DNA of 64,000 nt from Caldilineaceae bacterium. GTDB lineage: Bacteria; Chloroflexota; Anaerolineae; Caldilineales; Caldilineaceae. The stretch spans positions 507,022 through 571,021 of the forward strand of contig OY282376.1 of NCBI GenBank assembly GCA_958295845.1, given 5' to 3'. The translations under genes and the position numbers were made by a program. The notes under the pieces were generated by a model that searched no databases, was not told the DNA's origin, and saw nothing but the letters and a program-made list of their open reading frames with translations. Below are positions 1 through 9,213 of this stretch, piece after piece. The number at the start of each line of letters is the position of its first letter. Within the stretch, counting starts at the first letter, position 1.

Positions 1-1371
1 AGGCGCCTGGCCGCCGGGCCGGAACTCAACGACCCGCGCCAGCCCATCTCCCCACAGACCCGCCAAAAGGTTGTCACCGCCTGGCAGGGGCTCCTGGCCA
101 GGATGCGCTCCCGCTATCTCTCGCTCGACAACGACCGGCTGGAGGAGATGGCCGAGGAGGTAGAAGAACAACGCGGCGCATGGCTCGGTTTCAGGTCCGC
201 GGTTGACGAAACCTTCCGCCAGGTAATCCTGGATACCGGACTGCGCGGCGCGCTGACGCTGGCCGACCTGCTGGCGCCGCTGAATCCCTCCGCCGCGCCC
301 GTCGAATCTCTGATAAAACAGAGACTCTTTCTCTTGAACAATCATCCCGTCATGGATGAGGACCGCGTCCGCTGGCGTTCCCTCCTGGCCCAGCAGGGCG
401 GCGCGGCCGAACAGATCGGCCAGATTGCCGGCGGCTTGGGCGACTTGATGCTGGCAGCCTTCAATCCCCGCCAGGCCCGCGATCGCGCCCGTGACATGCG
501 CCAGCGCAAAGACCGCGCCCGACTTAACCAGCGCCGCGACATCCTGGAGCGAATCCTCGTAGAGCGACTCTTCGCCTATGGCACACAGCTGCGGGAACTG
601 TTCCGCTCACAGATCGACTACGCCGGCAGCGCGTTGGGCCGGGCCAATCATGCTGCCAGGCGGGCCGCCGAACGCATCGACCCCCGCATCCCCGACGGCA
701 CCGCCAGCACCAATACCTACTATGAACTCGAGACCGGCGCAGTCGGCCGCGACTATCTGCAGCACTTCTATCGCAATGCAGCTCAGGTCGTCTATCCCAG
801 CGACTGGGAGGTCCTGCTCGGGCCCCTTATCGACCGCACGCTGAACTTCGGCCAGGCCGTCAGCGGCGAGGAGCTTCTCGCGAATCTCACCAATGCGATC
901 GCCACCGAAAGAGGGCTGTTGGGCAGGGTTCTGCAGTGCGTCGATATCCGCCATATTATCGGCGTGCAACATGGCGAAGAGACACAGCAGGCACGACCAC
1001 TGCCCAACAATCGCGTCCAGCAGTGGCTGGACCGTCTGAACCCCTATATCCGCTGGGATTCGGACCGCTTCAGCTTCCACGACGGCAATCTGGAGCATAT
1101 CCGCCTGGCGGCCACACCCTCAACGCGCGAAGACGATACCCAGTTGGCGCTGGCGATGGTCGGTCAGGAGGACATGAAATGGATACCCACCGGCGACATC
1201 GGACGCATGGACGCCGTCTGGATCGTCCACGGCCTGCCGGTGACGCTGATCGATCGCCTGGACGAGTTCCGCGCCCAATATGAAAACAAACTCGATTTCC
1301 CCGCTCGCGAGGAGTTTCATCTCCATCCCGCCTGGGTCGACCTGCCTGAAATTACCGAAAATGATTTCTAG
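1..1371 (+). CDS. Hypothetical protein, 5'-truncated by the window edge (C-terminal >=456 aa). Possibly the C-terminal part of a large tubulin-like-family protein.
   Basis: Frame 1 is open from nt 1 to TAG 1369-1371. The tracked ORF 103..1371 is only the part after the first ATG. Third codon positions are GC-rich. No catalytic motif recognised. Confidence 0.6.
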   Translation, partial: RRLAAGPELNDPRQPISPQTRQKVVTAWQGLLARMRSRYLSLDNDRLEEMAEEVEEQRGAWLGFRSAVDETFRQVILDTGLRGALTLADLLAPLNPSAAPVESLIKQRLFLLNNHPVMDEDRVRWRSLLAQQGGAAEQIGQIAGGLGDLMLAAFNPRQARDRARDMRQRKDRARLNQRRDILERILVERLFAYGTQLRELFRSQIDYAGSALGRANHAARRAAERIDPRIPDGTASTNTYYELETGAVGRDYLQHFYRNAAQVVYPSDWEVLLGPLIDRTLNFGQAVSGEELLANLTNAIATERGLLGRVLQCVDIRHIIGVQHGEETQQARPLPNNRVQQWLDRLNPYIRWDSDRFSFHDGNLEHIRLAATPSTREDDTQLALAMVGQEDMKWIPTGDIGRMDAVWIVHGLPVTLIDRLDEFRAQYENKLDFPAREEFHLHPAWVDLPEITENDF

Positions 1372-1470
1372 CGAAGGCTTGCCATCTATTCCGGACGGAA
1401 TTCAGCAGCTCTGTACCGACCTGGGCCAACTGTTATAGAATAAGTTGGTTAGCGCCGAACGTAGCCCGGC

Positions 1471-1512
1471 AACGAAAAACTAACAACTAGAAACTACCTA
1501 CTGAAAACTTCC
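1471..1512 (+). repeat. Heptanucleotide array (six units, consensus AACTNNN) forming the leader of the 1514 ORF
   Basis: aacgaaa aactaac aactaga aactacc tactgaa aacttcc, then g + ATG(1514). G-poor, with no GGAGG-like element. Confidence 0.7.
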
Positions 1513-1513
1513 G

Positions 1514-4500
1514 ATGATTCCTGGCGCAACCCGCAGCCGAGCCGCAATACTATGTCTTGGTGGATGGGGCCTGCAAACGATGCTCCACCTGGCGCCGCGC
1601 CTGCAGTCCGCCCAGGAACAGCGAACTGCCACCGGCGTCGAGGGCCCTGATCTGACGCGCATCACCCGCTTTGCCGCTCTCCTGCCCTCCGATCAACTCA
1701 ATCAACAGGACGAGATTGCGCTCAGTCTGTTCACCCTGCGTGATAACCGTCTGCCGCCCTTCTATCTCGAGCAGCTGCTCACCGGGCTGATGCGTTCCCC
1801 GCCGCCTGCCGTCCCTGAACTACCGCAGACGACAAGCCATTGGCGGCGGGCAACAAGCCAGCGGCGGGCCAGCCTGTTGCTGGCGGCGGCTGGAGACGCG
1901 CTCCACCCCCTGCAATGGCAGTCGACAAGGTTCTCCCCGAATCACCCTGGGTCAGAAGGCGCCGCGGCCGCAACCGCCAGGCCTTCTCGCAGGGGTCTGC
2001 CCTGGCCATTCCGGAGATCAAACAAGGACGACGGCGCCGGCAGCGCAGATATCCCCCCTTCATCGCCCGCGGCTTCGTCTGAACCGCCAACACGGCGGCA
2101 TGCATTTCGCGCTGCGCTCAAGGACGGCGGCAGCATCGCCCACCTCGTCGCATCCAATATCATCGATCCCATCCGCGCCGACACCCTTGTTCCCGGCGAT
2201 CCCTTTGTACAGACGACCTTGTACGTGATTGCGCCCCTCTATGAGCCGTTGACGTCGGCGCTGATCTGGCCGGCGATCGCGCACCAGCTCAACTACCTGG
2301 GCCAGCGCCACATCGCCCAGGTCGTCGGCATCTTCGCCGCCGGCAGTTACGCCACCGACAGCACCCGCACTGTCGAAGACGCCTCCTGCTACGCGGCACT
2401 GGCCGAACTGGAGGCTTTCTCCGGTCTGCGCAGCGCTAACCTCAAGCAGGTCGTCTCCTCCATCTTGAAAGGTTCCAAAGTTCGGTCCACACTGCCGGAG
2501 GAGTGGCTGGGACGACCGCTATTTGACCGCATCTACCTGGTTGATCGGGAAAAGAGCAATCAGGGCCTGGCCCGCAACAGCTACGAGCTCTCCGTTCTCG
2601 TCGGCAACACGCTTCAGGCGCTCATCGCCGCCGATGGCGCCGCCTATATTGATGAACAGGTCGGCATCGACCTGCGCAATGCCAGCGAACGCCCCTATAG
2701 CCTGCTCGGCGCCGCGGCCGATCATGTGCCGCTGGACTATATCTTCCGGGCCGCTCAGCAGCATGAAGGTAAACGGCTCGTGCGTGAGCAGGTCCTCCTC
2801 CAGCAGGGGAGTGTAGACGGTACGCCCGCCGCCGGCTCACACGGCGCCGGTGCTGCCGGTAAACTCGAACCACTGGCCTCCCTGCAGCATCTGGGCGCAA
2901 CCTCGCACCAGGTATTGCACCGGCTCATCGCGCAGATGCCCGACCTGTTCAGAGACCTGAATCCCGAGTCGATCCAGGCGCTTGCAGTCCATCCGGGATA
3001 TGTGCTGCCGTCAGCGACGGCGCGCAAGATGCGCGGCCTCGATCCGGTCCGCTGGCAGGCCGCTTTCGACAGTCAGTTCCAAAGTGCGCTGGCACAGTCA
3101 GATGGCGATTTCGGCGCAGAGGCTCTCGAAACGGCCTGGGGACTCGACGCCCTGGACGCGGAAGGTCTGCCCGTCAACCACGCCGACAACCGCTTCCTGC
3201 CTGCCGTCGCACAGCAGATGCGCTCTCACCTGCTCACTCTGATCGGCTCCGAACCGTCAGGAGTTCTGCACTCGCGGCGCCAGATCCACCAGTGGCTGTT
3301 TGAACTGGAGCAGGAACGGCTCTATCCGTCTCTGGCCGCGGGTGACGCCGCCGCATTTGCGCCTGCCGATGCAAACCGCGTTGAACGACAAATGGCGCTG
3401 CGCGACTGGAGCAACCGCTACCGGCGCACGCTCGCCGATAAACCATCTCTGTTCGGTTCTTTGACGCGGGTGCTGGGTCTGCTGGGCGGTATCGTCCTGC
3501 TGACCTTGCTCTACCTGTTCGGCTCCGGGCTGGTGAACAATGCGGACGATATCGTCACCGTGCAGAACGATCCCTCCGTACTTACCCAGCTGATGACCGG
3601 CGCGTCCATGGCAGCAGTCGTCGACTTCGTCGGCAACGAGGCCAACGCCGCCACCTTTATCGGGCTGATGATCGGCGCGTTTCTGGGCGCGACCAACTCA
3701 TACCGGCGGCGGGCGCAGCGCGTGCAGAAGCTGCGGCGCGAACGGGTCAATCTGGCCTGTTTCGAACTGACCGCCCGTCTGCAGGACAACGTGTGGCGGG
3801 GGCTGGGCCGCGTCCATGACCGCCTGGAACAGATGCTCAGGCAGATGGATCACACGCTCGAACAGACCTGCCAGTCACTGCAAGACTGGTCCGTCAGCGA
3901 AAATATGCCGCCCCTCCCGCCGGAGGACGCGATTACCTCCCATCTCTACCGGCCCCATCTCAGCCAGAACATGTGGGAACGCTGCCTGGCCTTCATGCGC
4001 AGCCTCCAGGTCGTTGACGGCGGCAGCCAGGCGGCCGGACATCCCAATACCGCCGCCGGCGACTACAGGGGAGGCGAAGGACGCCTGCGCGCTATCTGGA
4101 CAGCACCCAATCGACTCGAACGGCTGGCGGCCCTTTTCACCGGCCAGGAAGCGTCATCCTACCCTCTCGCAGACGTTCTGGCCTCCTATGTACGCGAGAG
4201 CGCGCAGGCTGCGGCCGGCGAAAGCCCCCCCGCCCTCACTGATCAGAGCCTGGACGGCGGCCGGACCGCGCACGATAGTGAAACCGAAATGGCGCGGCAG
4301 GCTTTCGTACGCACGCTCGCACAGGAGCACAATCTGGAGCATCTGCTCTGGCGCGACGCCTCCTCGACAGAAGGTTTTGCCTCCCTCTATCCCGACGGGG
4401 AGTTCACGCCGGTCTCGACCGCCACCATCCGCTATCTGGAAAGCATGTGGAATCATGCCAAGCCCTCCGCCAACTACGATGTATCGGACCGGCCTGTCGC

Positions 4501-4798
4501 ACAAGGGCTGCCGGTGGAGTTCGCAGCGGTTTCAGGCGACCCCGATAGCGACCTGACCGAGGATGTGATGCAGAGCCTGCGCATTCCCCGTCTGTTGACC
4601 GGTAACCCATTTCAGATCGCCTTTGTCCGCACCTTGCACGGTCTTCAGTTGAATGATCTGGGTGGCATGACGCGCTATCTGGCCGAGTTGGGTCGCATGG
4701 ACAACGTCTCGCGCCAGCAGATTCTGCTCACCGACGTCGTCAACTCAGAGATGTATAACCAGCAGGACCCGCGCGATTCCCGCTCCGCCTGGTCATAG
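1514..4798 (+). CDS. Large (1094 aa) membrane-associated protein with a degenerate tubulin/FtsZ-superfamily ('Tubulin like', PF13809-type) N-terminal region
   Basis: N-terminus AILCLGGWGLQ. LYVIAPLYEPLTS sits where the family has a GGTGSG loop. CYAALAELEAF resembles the family NAYAAL.EL motif. P/A/S/R-rich insert at aa ~95-205. Two hydrophobic helices at aa ~649-675 and ~712-730. Coding status is solid; the family assignment is from memory. Confidence 0.55.
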   Translation: MIPGATRSRAAILCLGGWGLQTMLHLAPRLQSAQEQRTATGVEGPDLTRITRFAALLPSDQLNQQDEIALSLFTLRDNRLPPFYLEQLLTGLMRSPPPAVPELPQTTSHWRRATSQRRASLLLAAAGDALHPLQWQSTRFSPNHPGSEGAAAATARPSRRGLPWPFRRSNKDDGAGSADIPPSSPAASSEPPTRRHAFRAALKDGGSIAHLVASNIIDPIRADTLVPGDPFVQTTLYVIAPLYEPLTSALIWPAIAHQLNYLGQRHIAQVVGIFAAGSYATDSTRTVEDASCYAALAELEAFSGLRSANLKQVVSSILKGSKVRSTLPEEWLGRPLFDRIYLVDREKSNQGLARNSYELSVLVGNTLQALIAADGAAYIDEQVGIDLRNASERPYSLLGAAADHVPLDYIFRAAQQHEGKRLVREQVLLQQGSVDGTPAAGSHGAGAAGKLEPLASLQHLGATSHQVLHRLIAQMPDLFRDLNPESIQALAVHPGYVLPSATARKMRGLDPVRWQAAFDSQFQSALAQSDGDFGAEALETAWGLDALDAEGLPVNHADNRFLPAVAQQMRSHLLTLIGSEPSGVLHSRRQIHQWLFELEQERLYPSLAAGDAAAFAPADANRVERQMALRDWSNRYRRTLADKPSLFGSLTRVLGLLGGIVLLTLLYLFGSGLVNNADDIVTVQNDPSVLTQLMTGASMAAVVDFVGNEANAATFIGLMIGAFLGATNSYRRRAQRVQKLRRERVNLACFELTARLQDNVWRGLGRVHDRLEQMLRQMDHTLEQTCQSLQDWSVSENMPPLPPEDAITSHLYRPHLSQNMWERCLAFMRSLQVVDGGSQAAGHPNTAAGDYRGGEGRLRAIWTAPNRLERLAALFTGQEASSYPLADVLASYVRESAQAAAGESPPALTDQSLDGGRTAHDSETEMARQAFVRTLAQEHNLEHLLWRDASSTEGFASLYPDGEFTPVSTATIRYLESMWNHAKPSANYDVSDRPVAQGLPVEFAAVSGDPDSDLTEDVMQSLRIPRLLTGNPFQIAFVRTLHGLQLNDLGGMTRYLAELGRMDNVSRQQILLTDVVNSEMYNQQDPRDSRSAWS

Positions 4799-4943
4799 CC
4801 GCCACACCGCCGCCACACTGCCACTACGCCACACCGCAGCGCGCAGTGCACGAAAGCTCTTTTGCGTTAAGAACTGAATAAACAGCGATTAACCGGGGTT
4901 ACTTCAGTTGGCTAATCCATAGTTGATTAATCCGCGGCTTGTT

Positions 4944-5933
4944 TTAATCCGCGACCGCCTCGCCGTAGACGTGAGGTGTGCTTGCCGCGTCCTCGTCCGT
5001 CTCCCCTGGCTGCGCGGGCGCGACGCCCTCGATGCCGTCGGCAGCCAGCACCGGGAGCAGGGCGGCAATCGCACATTCGACCATCGAATTGTCAGGCGGG
5101 CGGGTGGTGATGCGCTGGAGTAGCAGGCCCGGCGCAATCAGTAGCCGCATCAGCGGGTTTTCGGCATGGTTGGCGCTGAAGCGGATTATTTCGTAAGAGA
5201 TCGCGGCAACCAGCGGGACGAGCATCAGGCGTGTGACGAAACGCAGAAGCAGCGCCAGCCAGGGGTATTCGATCCCGGCAAAGGTGAGAGGGGCGAAAAG
5301 GAGGATACTGATCACGAGCACGTACAGCAGAAAGCTGGTCCCGCAGCGTACGTGCTGAACACTGTACTTCTGTACATTGTCAACCGTAAGTCGCGCGCCG
5401 TCCTCGTAGGCGTTGATCGCTTTGTGCTCGGCGCCGTGATACGCGAACACGCGGCGGATGTCGGGCAGAAGGCTGATCGCCCATAGATAGACCACGAACA
5501 GAATCAGGCGAATGGCGCCTTCAGCCACGGCGTCGAGATAGGGATTGTGTTCAAAAAAGCCGGCAAACCAGCGGCTGGCCAAAGTGGGTACCAGGAAAAA
5601 GATCGCCATCGCAAAGGCGAGACTCGCCGCTATCGTCGTCCATGCCACCGGGCCCGAAAACTCGACCTGCTCCTCGGCGTCATCCTCCTGCATCGCCACG
5701 TCCGCGCTCCACATCAACGCCCGCATACCCAGTCCGAGCGCATCCCACAGCAGGGCCAGCCCCCGTACAAACGGCCACTGCCCCCACTTGCGCGTATAGA
5801 TCTTGGCCGTGAGCGGCTCCTCGTGGATGACTATTGTGCCCTGTGCGTTGCGCACGGCAATCGACATCGCCTTGCGGCCCCGCATCATCACGCCTTCAAT
5901 AACAGCCTGGCCGCCGTAGAATTGTTTGCTCAC
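4944..5933 (-). CDS. DUF1385 domain-containing membrane protein (YqhQ-like)
   Basis: N-terminal [13 protein letters not shown] hallmark, several hydrophobic helices and a [13 protein letters not shown] motif. Confidence 0.85.
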   Translation of the reverse strand: MSKQFYGGQAVIEGVMMRGRKAMSIAVRNAQGTIVIHEEPLTAKIYTRKWGQWPFVRGLALLWDALGLGMRALMWSADVAMQEDDAEEQVEFSGPVAWTTIAASLAFAMAIFFLVPTLASRWFAGFFEHNPYLDAVAEGAIRLILFVVYLWAISLLPDIRRVFAYHGAEHKAINAYEDGARLTVDNVQKYSVQHVRCGTSFLLYVLVISILLFAPLTFAGIEYPWLALLLRFVTRLMLVPLVAAISYEIIRFSANHAENPLMRLLIAPGLLLQRITTRPPDNSMVECAIAALLPVLAADGIEGVAPAQPGETDEDAASTPHVYGEAVAD

Positions 5934-6131
5934 AAGTTTCGCTCATTTGGCGAAGCGGCAGTGCAAAACCATCCCTCTTCAGTACCGGTTCGAAGGTGGT
6001 GGTTGCCCACTGCTGCAAAGGAAAATAACCAATAGTGCCGCGTTGATCGACAGTTCGCGCCTGCATACAGCGAATGTGATTGTAGCACCGCAGTTTTGGA
6101 GCGAGCAAACCCTGGGTGATCCGGGGTGCAT

Positions 6132-6440
6132 CCCAATGTGGGGGTGAACTCTTGTATACCTCTGGTATCGACCAGACCGTGTCCAGACCTCACATCCCTC
6201 CCCGAGAAATCGCCCATTCACTAACCACTGACCCCTGACCCCTAACCACCGACCCCTGCAGTTGTGCGTTCGGGCCTTCGGCCCTCCCTTGTGCAGGGGC
6301 TGCGCCCCCGCAACGCCCCGCCCTTGCTAGCCACCGTGTCCATTCTTCCCCAGCAATGTGTCTAAAGCAAGGTGTCTAGCCAACAGTATTCCCCCCAAAC
6401 GGTCCGGTAAGGGCAGCCTTGTGCCTGCCCCTGCGCGCCT
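6132..6440. repeat. Composite dispersed intergenic repeat, copy A (conserved head, heptamer array, ~185-bp GC-rich hairpin-containing core)
   Basis: Head cccaatgtgggggtgaactc, heptamers at 6218-6259, core from ctgcag (6256) to ~6440. Near-identical to 52764-52935. Confidence 0.8.
6218..6259 (+). repeat. Heptanucleotide array (tcactaa ccactga cccctga cccctaa ccaccga cccctgc) inside repeat copy A
   Basis: Six consecutive 7-nt units read directly from the sequence. Confidence 0.85.
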
Positions 6441-6948
6441 CACCCATCGTCGTCGCCATCCCCTAAAGGCCGGCCAGGCGCCTGCCCTGCGTCTCCCCAA
6501 GAGCCGCTCGGAGACGCGGCATCTGCACGGCGCCCGCAATCCGGAGGCCGCCCCGGGTGTCTCGCCCCTCCTGCTGACCCTGGCAAGTTCCTGGGTCCCG
6601 TTGAGAATCTACATCGAAGAGATTCTGTCTGCCCTTCGTGTCCTTGGCGAATGGACCGGCTTTCGCCGTGAAGAGAACGAAGTTACACGAACCAGCTATC
6701 CAAGAAACAGTCCCTCTATCGGGAAGAAAGGGTCCCGAGAACGGCCCATCTGAGCGAGACAGCCCCTGTAAGAAACCGCTAAACTGGACTGAGCGATCTT
6801 CCTGCAACCCCGATATGGGTAGTACTGCCAACTGGGCCGTTTCGTTTCTTAGCATTCTTGGCCAAGGCAATGTCAACGGGACTTGAGGACTCCCGGCTTA
6901 ACTGCAGTGTACGCCAGGATCCGTGAGACTCCGGGCAACGGCAGTTTA

Positions 6949-6978
6949 TTGACAGCAGGAAATTCCTTACAGTATCAT
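6949..6978 (+). promoter_or_regulatory. Sigma70-like promoter candidate for the liv operon
   Basis: TTGACA (6949-6954), 18-nt spacer, TATCAT (6973-6978), about 60 nt upstream of the 7039 start. Confidence 0.4.
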
Positions 6979-7038
6979 CACTTACACAACACATGCTTCC
7001 GTGTAGACCCATCACGCGGACTGAAGGAGGATGAAAAA

Positions 7039-8295
7039 ATGGGACATGTCCGGATACGAATCTCCTTACTGCTGGTAGCCTCTCTTCTCCTGGCGGCCTG
7101 CAGCCTGGCGCCGCCCGCGCCGGTGGACGAGCCCGGGACAACCGCGGCAGGTGCAGACGGTGAGAAAATCATCTACCTCGGCGCCGCTGTCAGCGAAACC
7201 GGCAGGTTCTCCCGCGAGGGCAAGGACACCCGCCAGGGTTACAACACCTGGCTGGACTGGGTGAACAATGAGTACGGCGGCATCAAGGTCGGCGACGAGC
7301 GCTACAAGGTCGAGCTGATCATGTATGACGATGAGGGCGACCCCGATACGGCTGCCCGCCTCGTGGAAAAACTGATCAACGAGGATCGCGTCGACTTTCT
7401 TCTGGGACCGTATAGCTCATTCCTGACCCAAAGCGCGAGCGCGATTGCCGAAAAGTACGACAAAATCATGATCGAGGGCAACGGCGCCGCCGAAACACTC
7501 TTTCAACGCGGCTTCCAGAACCTGTTCGCGGTGTTGACGCCGGCGATTAACTATACCCGGTCTGCCTTGGAGTTGCTGGTTGAGCAAGGCGCCGAGACGG
7601 TCGTAATCGCCTACGAGGATACCGCTTTCCCCACCAGCGTAGCCGATGGCGCCCAGCACTGGGCTGCCGAGTATGGCCTGGAAGTGCTGGGGGTCGAGAC
7701 CTACCCCGTGAATGTGGCCGATGTCAGCGGCATCATGTCAAAATTTAAAGAGTTGGAGCCCGACATCTTCGTGGGCGGCGGCCACTTTAACGATGCCGTC
7801 CTCTTCATTCGGGCGGCCAAAGAGTTGGACTTCAACCCCAAAGCGATGGTGATCACCGTCGGCCCCAGCAACCCGAAACTGATCGAAGAGGTCGGCGCAG
7901 ATTCCGAATATGTCATCGGCCCGACACAGTGGGAGGCGTCTATGAGCTACGCCGACGACTACTTCGGCACCGCCGCAGAGTACGCGGCGCGCTATGAAAA
8001 GCTGTGGGGCGAGCCGCCCACCTACCAGGCCGCGGAATCGACCGCCACCGCGCTGGCCCTGCACATCGCCATCGAGCAGGCCGCCTCGCTGGACACCGCT
8101 GCCGTCCGCACAGCCCTGCGAAACCTCGACGTGGTCACCTTCTACGGACCTATCAATTTCGACGAAAAGGGCCGCAATGCCGCCAAACCGATGGGAGCAA
8201 TCCAGATCCAGGACGGCGAGATTCTGGTCGTGGCGCCAACCAACGCCGCGGTTACCGAGCTGAACTACCCGGCGCCGGCCTGGAAAGATCGCTAG
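7039..8295 (+). CDS. Branched-chain amino-acid ABC transporter substrate-binding lipoprotein (LivJ/LivK-like, Peripla_BP_6 type)
   Basis: ATG 7039 is preceded by gaaggagg. Signal peptide plus lipobox LLLAACS. First gene of a livHMGF-type operon. The tracked ORF start at 6883 is an upstream extension. Confidence 0.85.
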   Translation: MGHVRIRISLLLVASLLLAACSLAPPAPVDEPGTTAAGADGEKIIYLGAAVSETGRFSREGKDTRQGYNTWLDWVNNEYGGIKVGDERYKVELIMYDDEGDPDTAARLVEKLINEDRVDFLLGPYSSFLTQSASAIAEKYDKIMIEGNGAAETLFQRGFQNLFAVLTPAINYTRSALELLVEQGAETVVIAYEDTAFPTSVADGAQHWAAEYGLEVLGVETYPVNVADVSGIMSKFKELEPDIFVGGGHFNDAVLFIRAAKELDFNPKAMVITVGPSNPKLIEEVGADSEYVIGPTQWEASMSYADDYFGTAAEYAARYEKLWGEPPTYQAAESTATALALHIAIEQAASLDTAAVRTALRNLDVVTFYGPINFDEKGRNAAKPMGAIQIQDGEILVVAPTNAAVTELNYPAPAWKDR

Positions 8296-8322
8296 ACCGC
8301 GCTGGTCTCTGGTCATCTGCTA

Positions 8323-9213
8323 ATGGACCAACTTTTGCAGGCCCTCGTCAGTGGGCTGTTACTCGGCGGCTTCTACGCGGTCATGGTGCTGGGATTTTCC
8401 GTCATCTGGGGCGTGATGGGTGTGATCAACCTCGCCCACGGTGAATTCCTGATGATCGGCGCATACATGGCGTGGGGTCTGTTCCGACTCTTCGGAATGG
8501 ACCCCTTCGCCTCGTTGGTGCTGATACTGCCCCTGATGTTCCTGGTCGGCTATCTCCTGCAGATCGTTCTGATCAATCGTATCGTCGAGCGCCCCCACCT
8601 GATGACCCTGCTCGTCACATTCGGCGTCTCAATCGCGCTCGCCAATCTCTTCAAAATTCTTTTCGATGCGGACCCGCGCAATGTGGCCGTCGCCTACAAC
8701 GGCTCGGTGCAACTGGCGGGCGTCACGTTTCCGATCGTCAAGACGATCATCTTCGGCGCGGCCCTGGTGATCATGGTCTGCCTGCACCTCTTCCTGCAGC
8801 GCAGCCGCCTCGGCAAATCGATCCGCGCCGCAGCCCAGAACAAGACGGCCGCCCGCATCGTCGGCGTCGACATCAACCGCGTCTACGCCATCACCGCCGG
8901 AATCTGCATCGCTCTGACCGCCGCCGCCGGCGCCATGCTCAGCCCCACGCAGGCGATCTTCCCGTTCATGGGGCCGCCCTTCACCTTGAAAGCGGTCACG
9001 ATCACCGCTCTGGGCGGACTGGGGCGTATCCCCGGCGCGCTGATGGGCGGTATGGTTCTCGGCATCACCGAGATTTTCGTCTCCACTTATGTGGCCGGCA
9101 TCGGCACCAACCTGGGCGTCGCCACCAGCTTTGTCCTTCTGGTGCTGATCCTGATAGTGCGGCCCCAGGGGATAATGGGCGGTCTGCGCCCGATCGACGC
9201 GGAGGCCGAGTGA
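8323..9213 (+). CDS. livH: Branched-chain amino-acid ABC transporter permease
   Basis: 296-aa polytopic membrane protein, LivH-like sequence and operon position. Confidence 0.85.
   Translation: MDQLLQALVSGLLLGGFYAVMVLGFSVIWGVMGVINLAHGEFLMIGAYMAWGLFRLFGMDPFASLVLILPLMFLVGYLLQIVLINRIVERPHLMTLLVTFGVSIALANLFKILFDADPRNVAVAYNGSVQLAGVTFPIVKTIIFGAALVIMVCLHLFLQRSRLGKSIRAAAQNKTAARIVGVDINRVYAITAGICIALTAAAGAMLSPTQAIFPFMGPPFTLKAVTITALGGLGRIPGALMGGMVLGITEIFVSTYVAGIGTNLGVATSFVLLVLILIVRPQGIMGGLRPIDAEAE

Noticed and set aside
4799-4845. CCAC-rich tract (ccgccacaccgccgccacactgccactacgccacaccg) after the 1094-aa ORF as another heptamer array
   Set aside because: The periodicity is irregular and the units are not conserved. 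It probably reflects only compositional similarity to the CCACTGA arrays.
6358-6876. 131-aa (+) and 137-aa (-) ORFs in the long intergenic region
   Set aside because: They overlap each other on opposite strands, are low-complexity (R/P/G/A-rich) and partly run through repeat copy A. There is no start context.
6700-6910. RNase P RNA-like snippets (gggaagaaagggtccc, cccggcttaac)
   Set aside because: The universally conserved GGUAAGAGCGCACC-type and AGGAAAGUCCGGGC elements are absent, and the order and spacing do not fit the M1 RNA architecture I remember.
8472-9212. N-terminal 247-aa extension of the livM ORF in the track
   Set aside because: It overlaps livH out of frame and is Arg/Pro-rich. 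The ATG at 9213 overlapping the livH stop gives a normal LivM.
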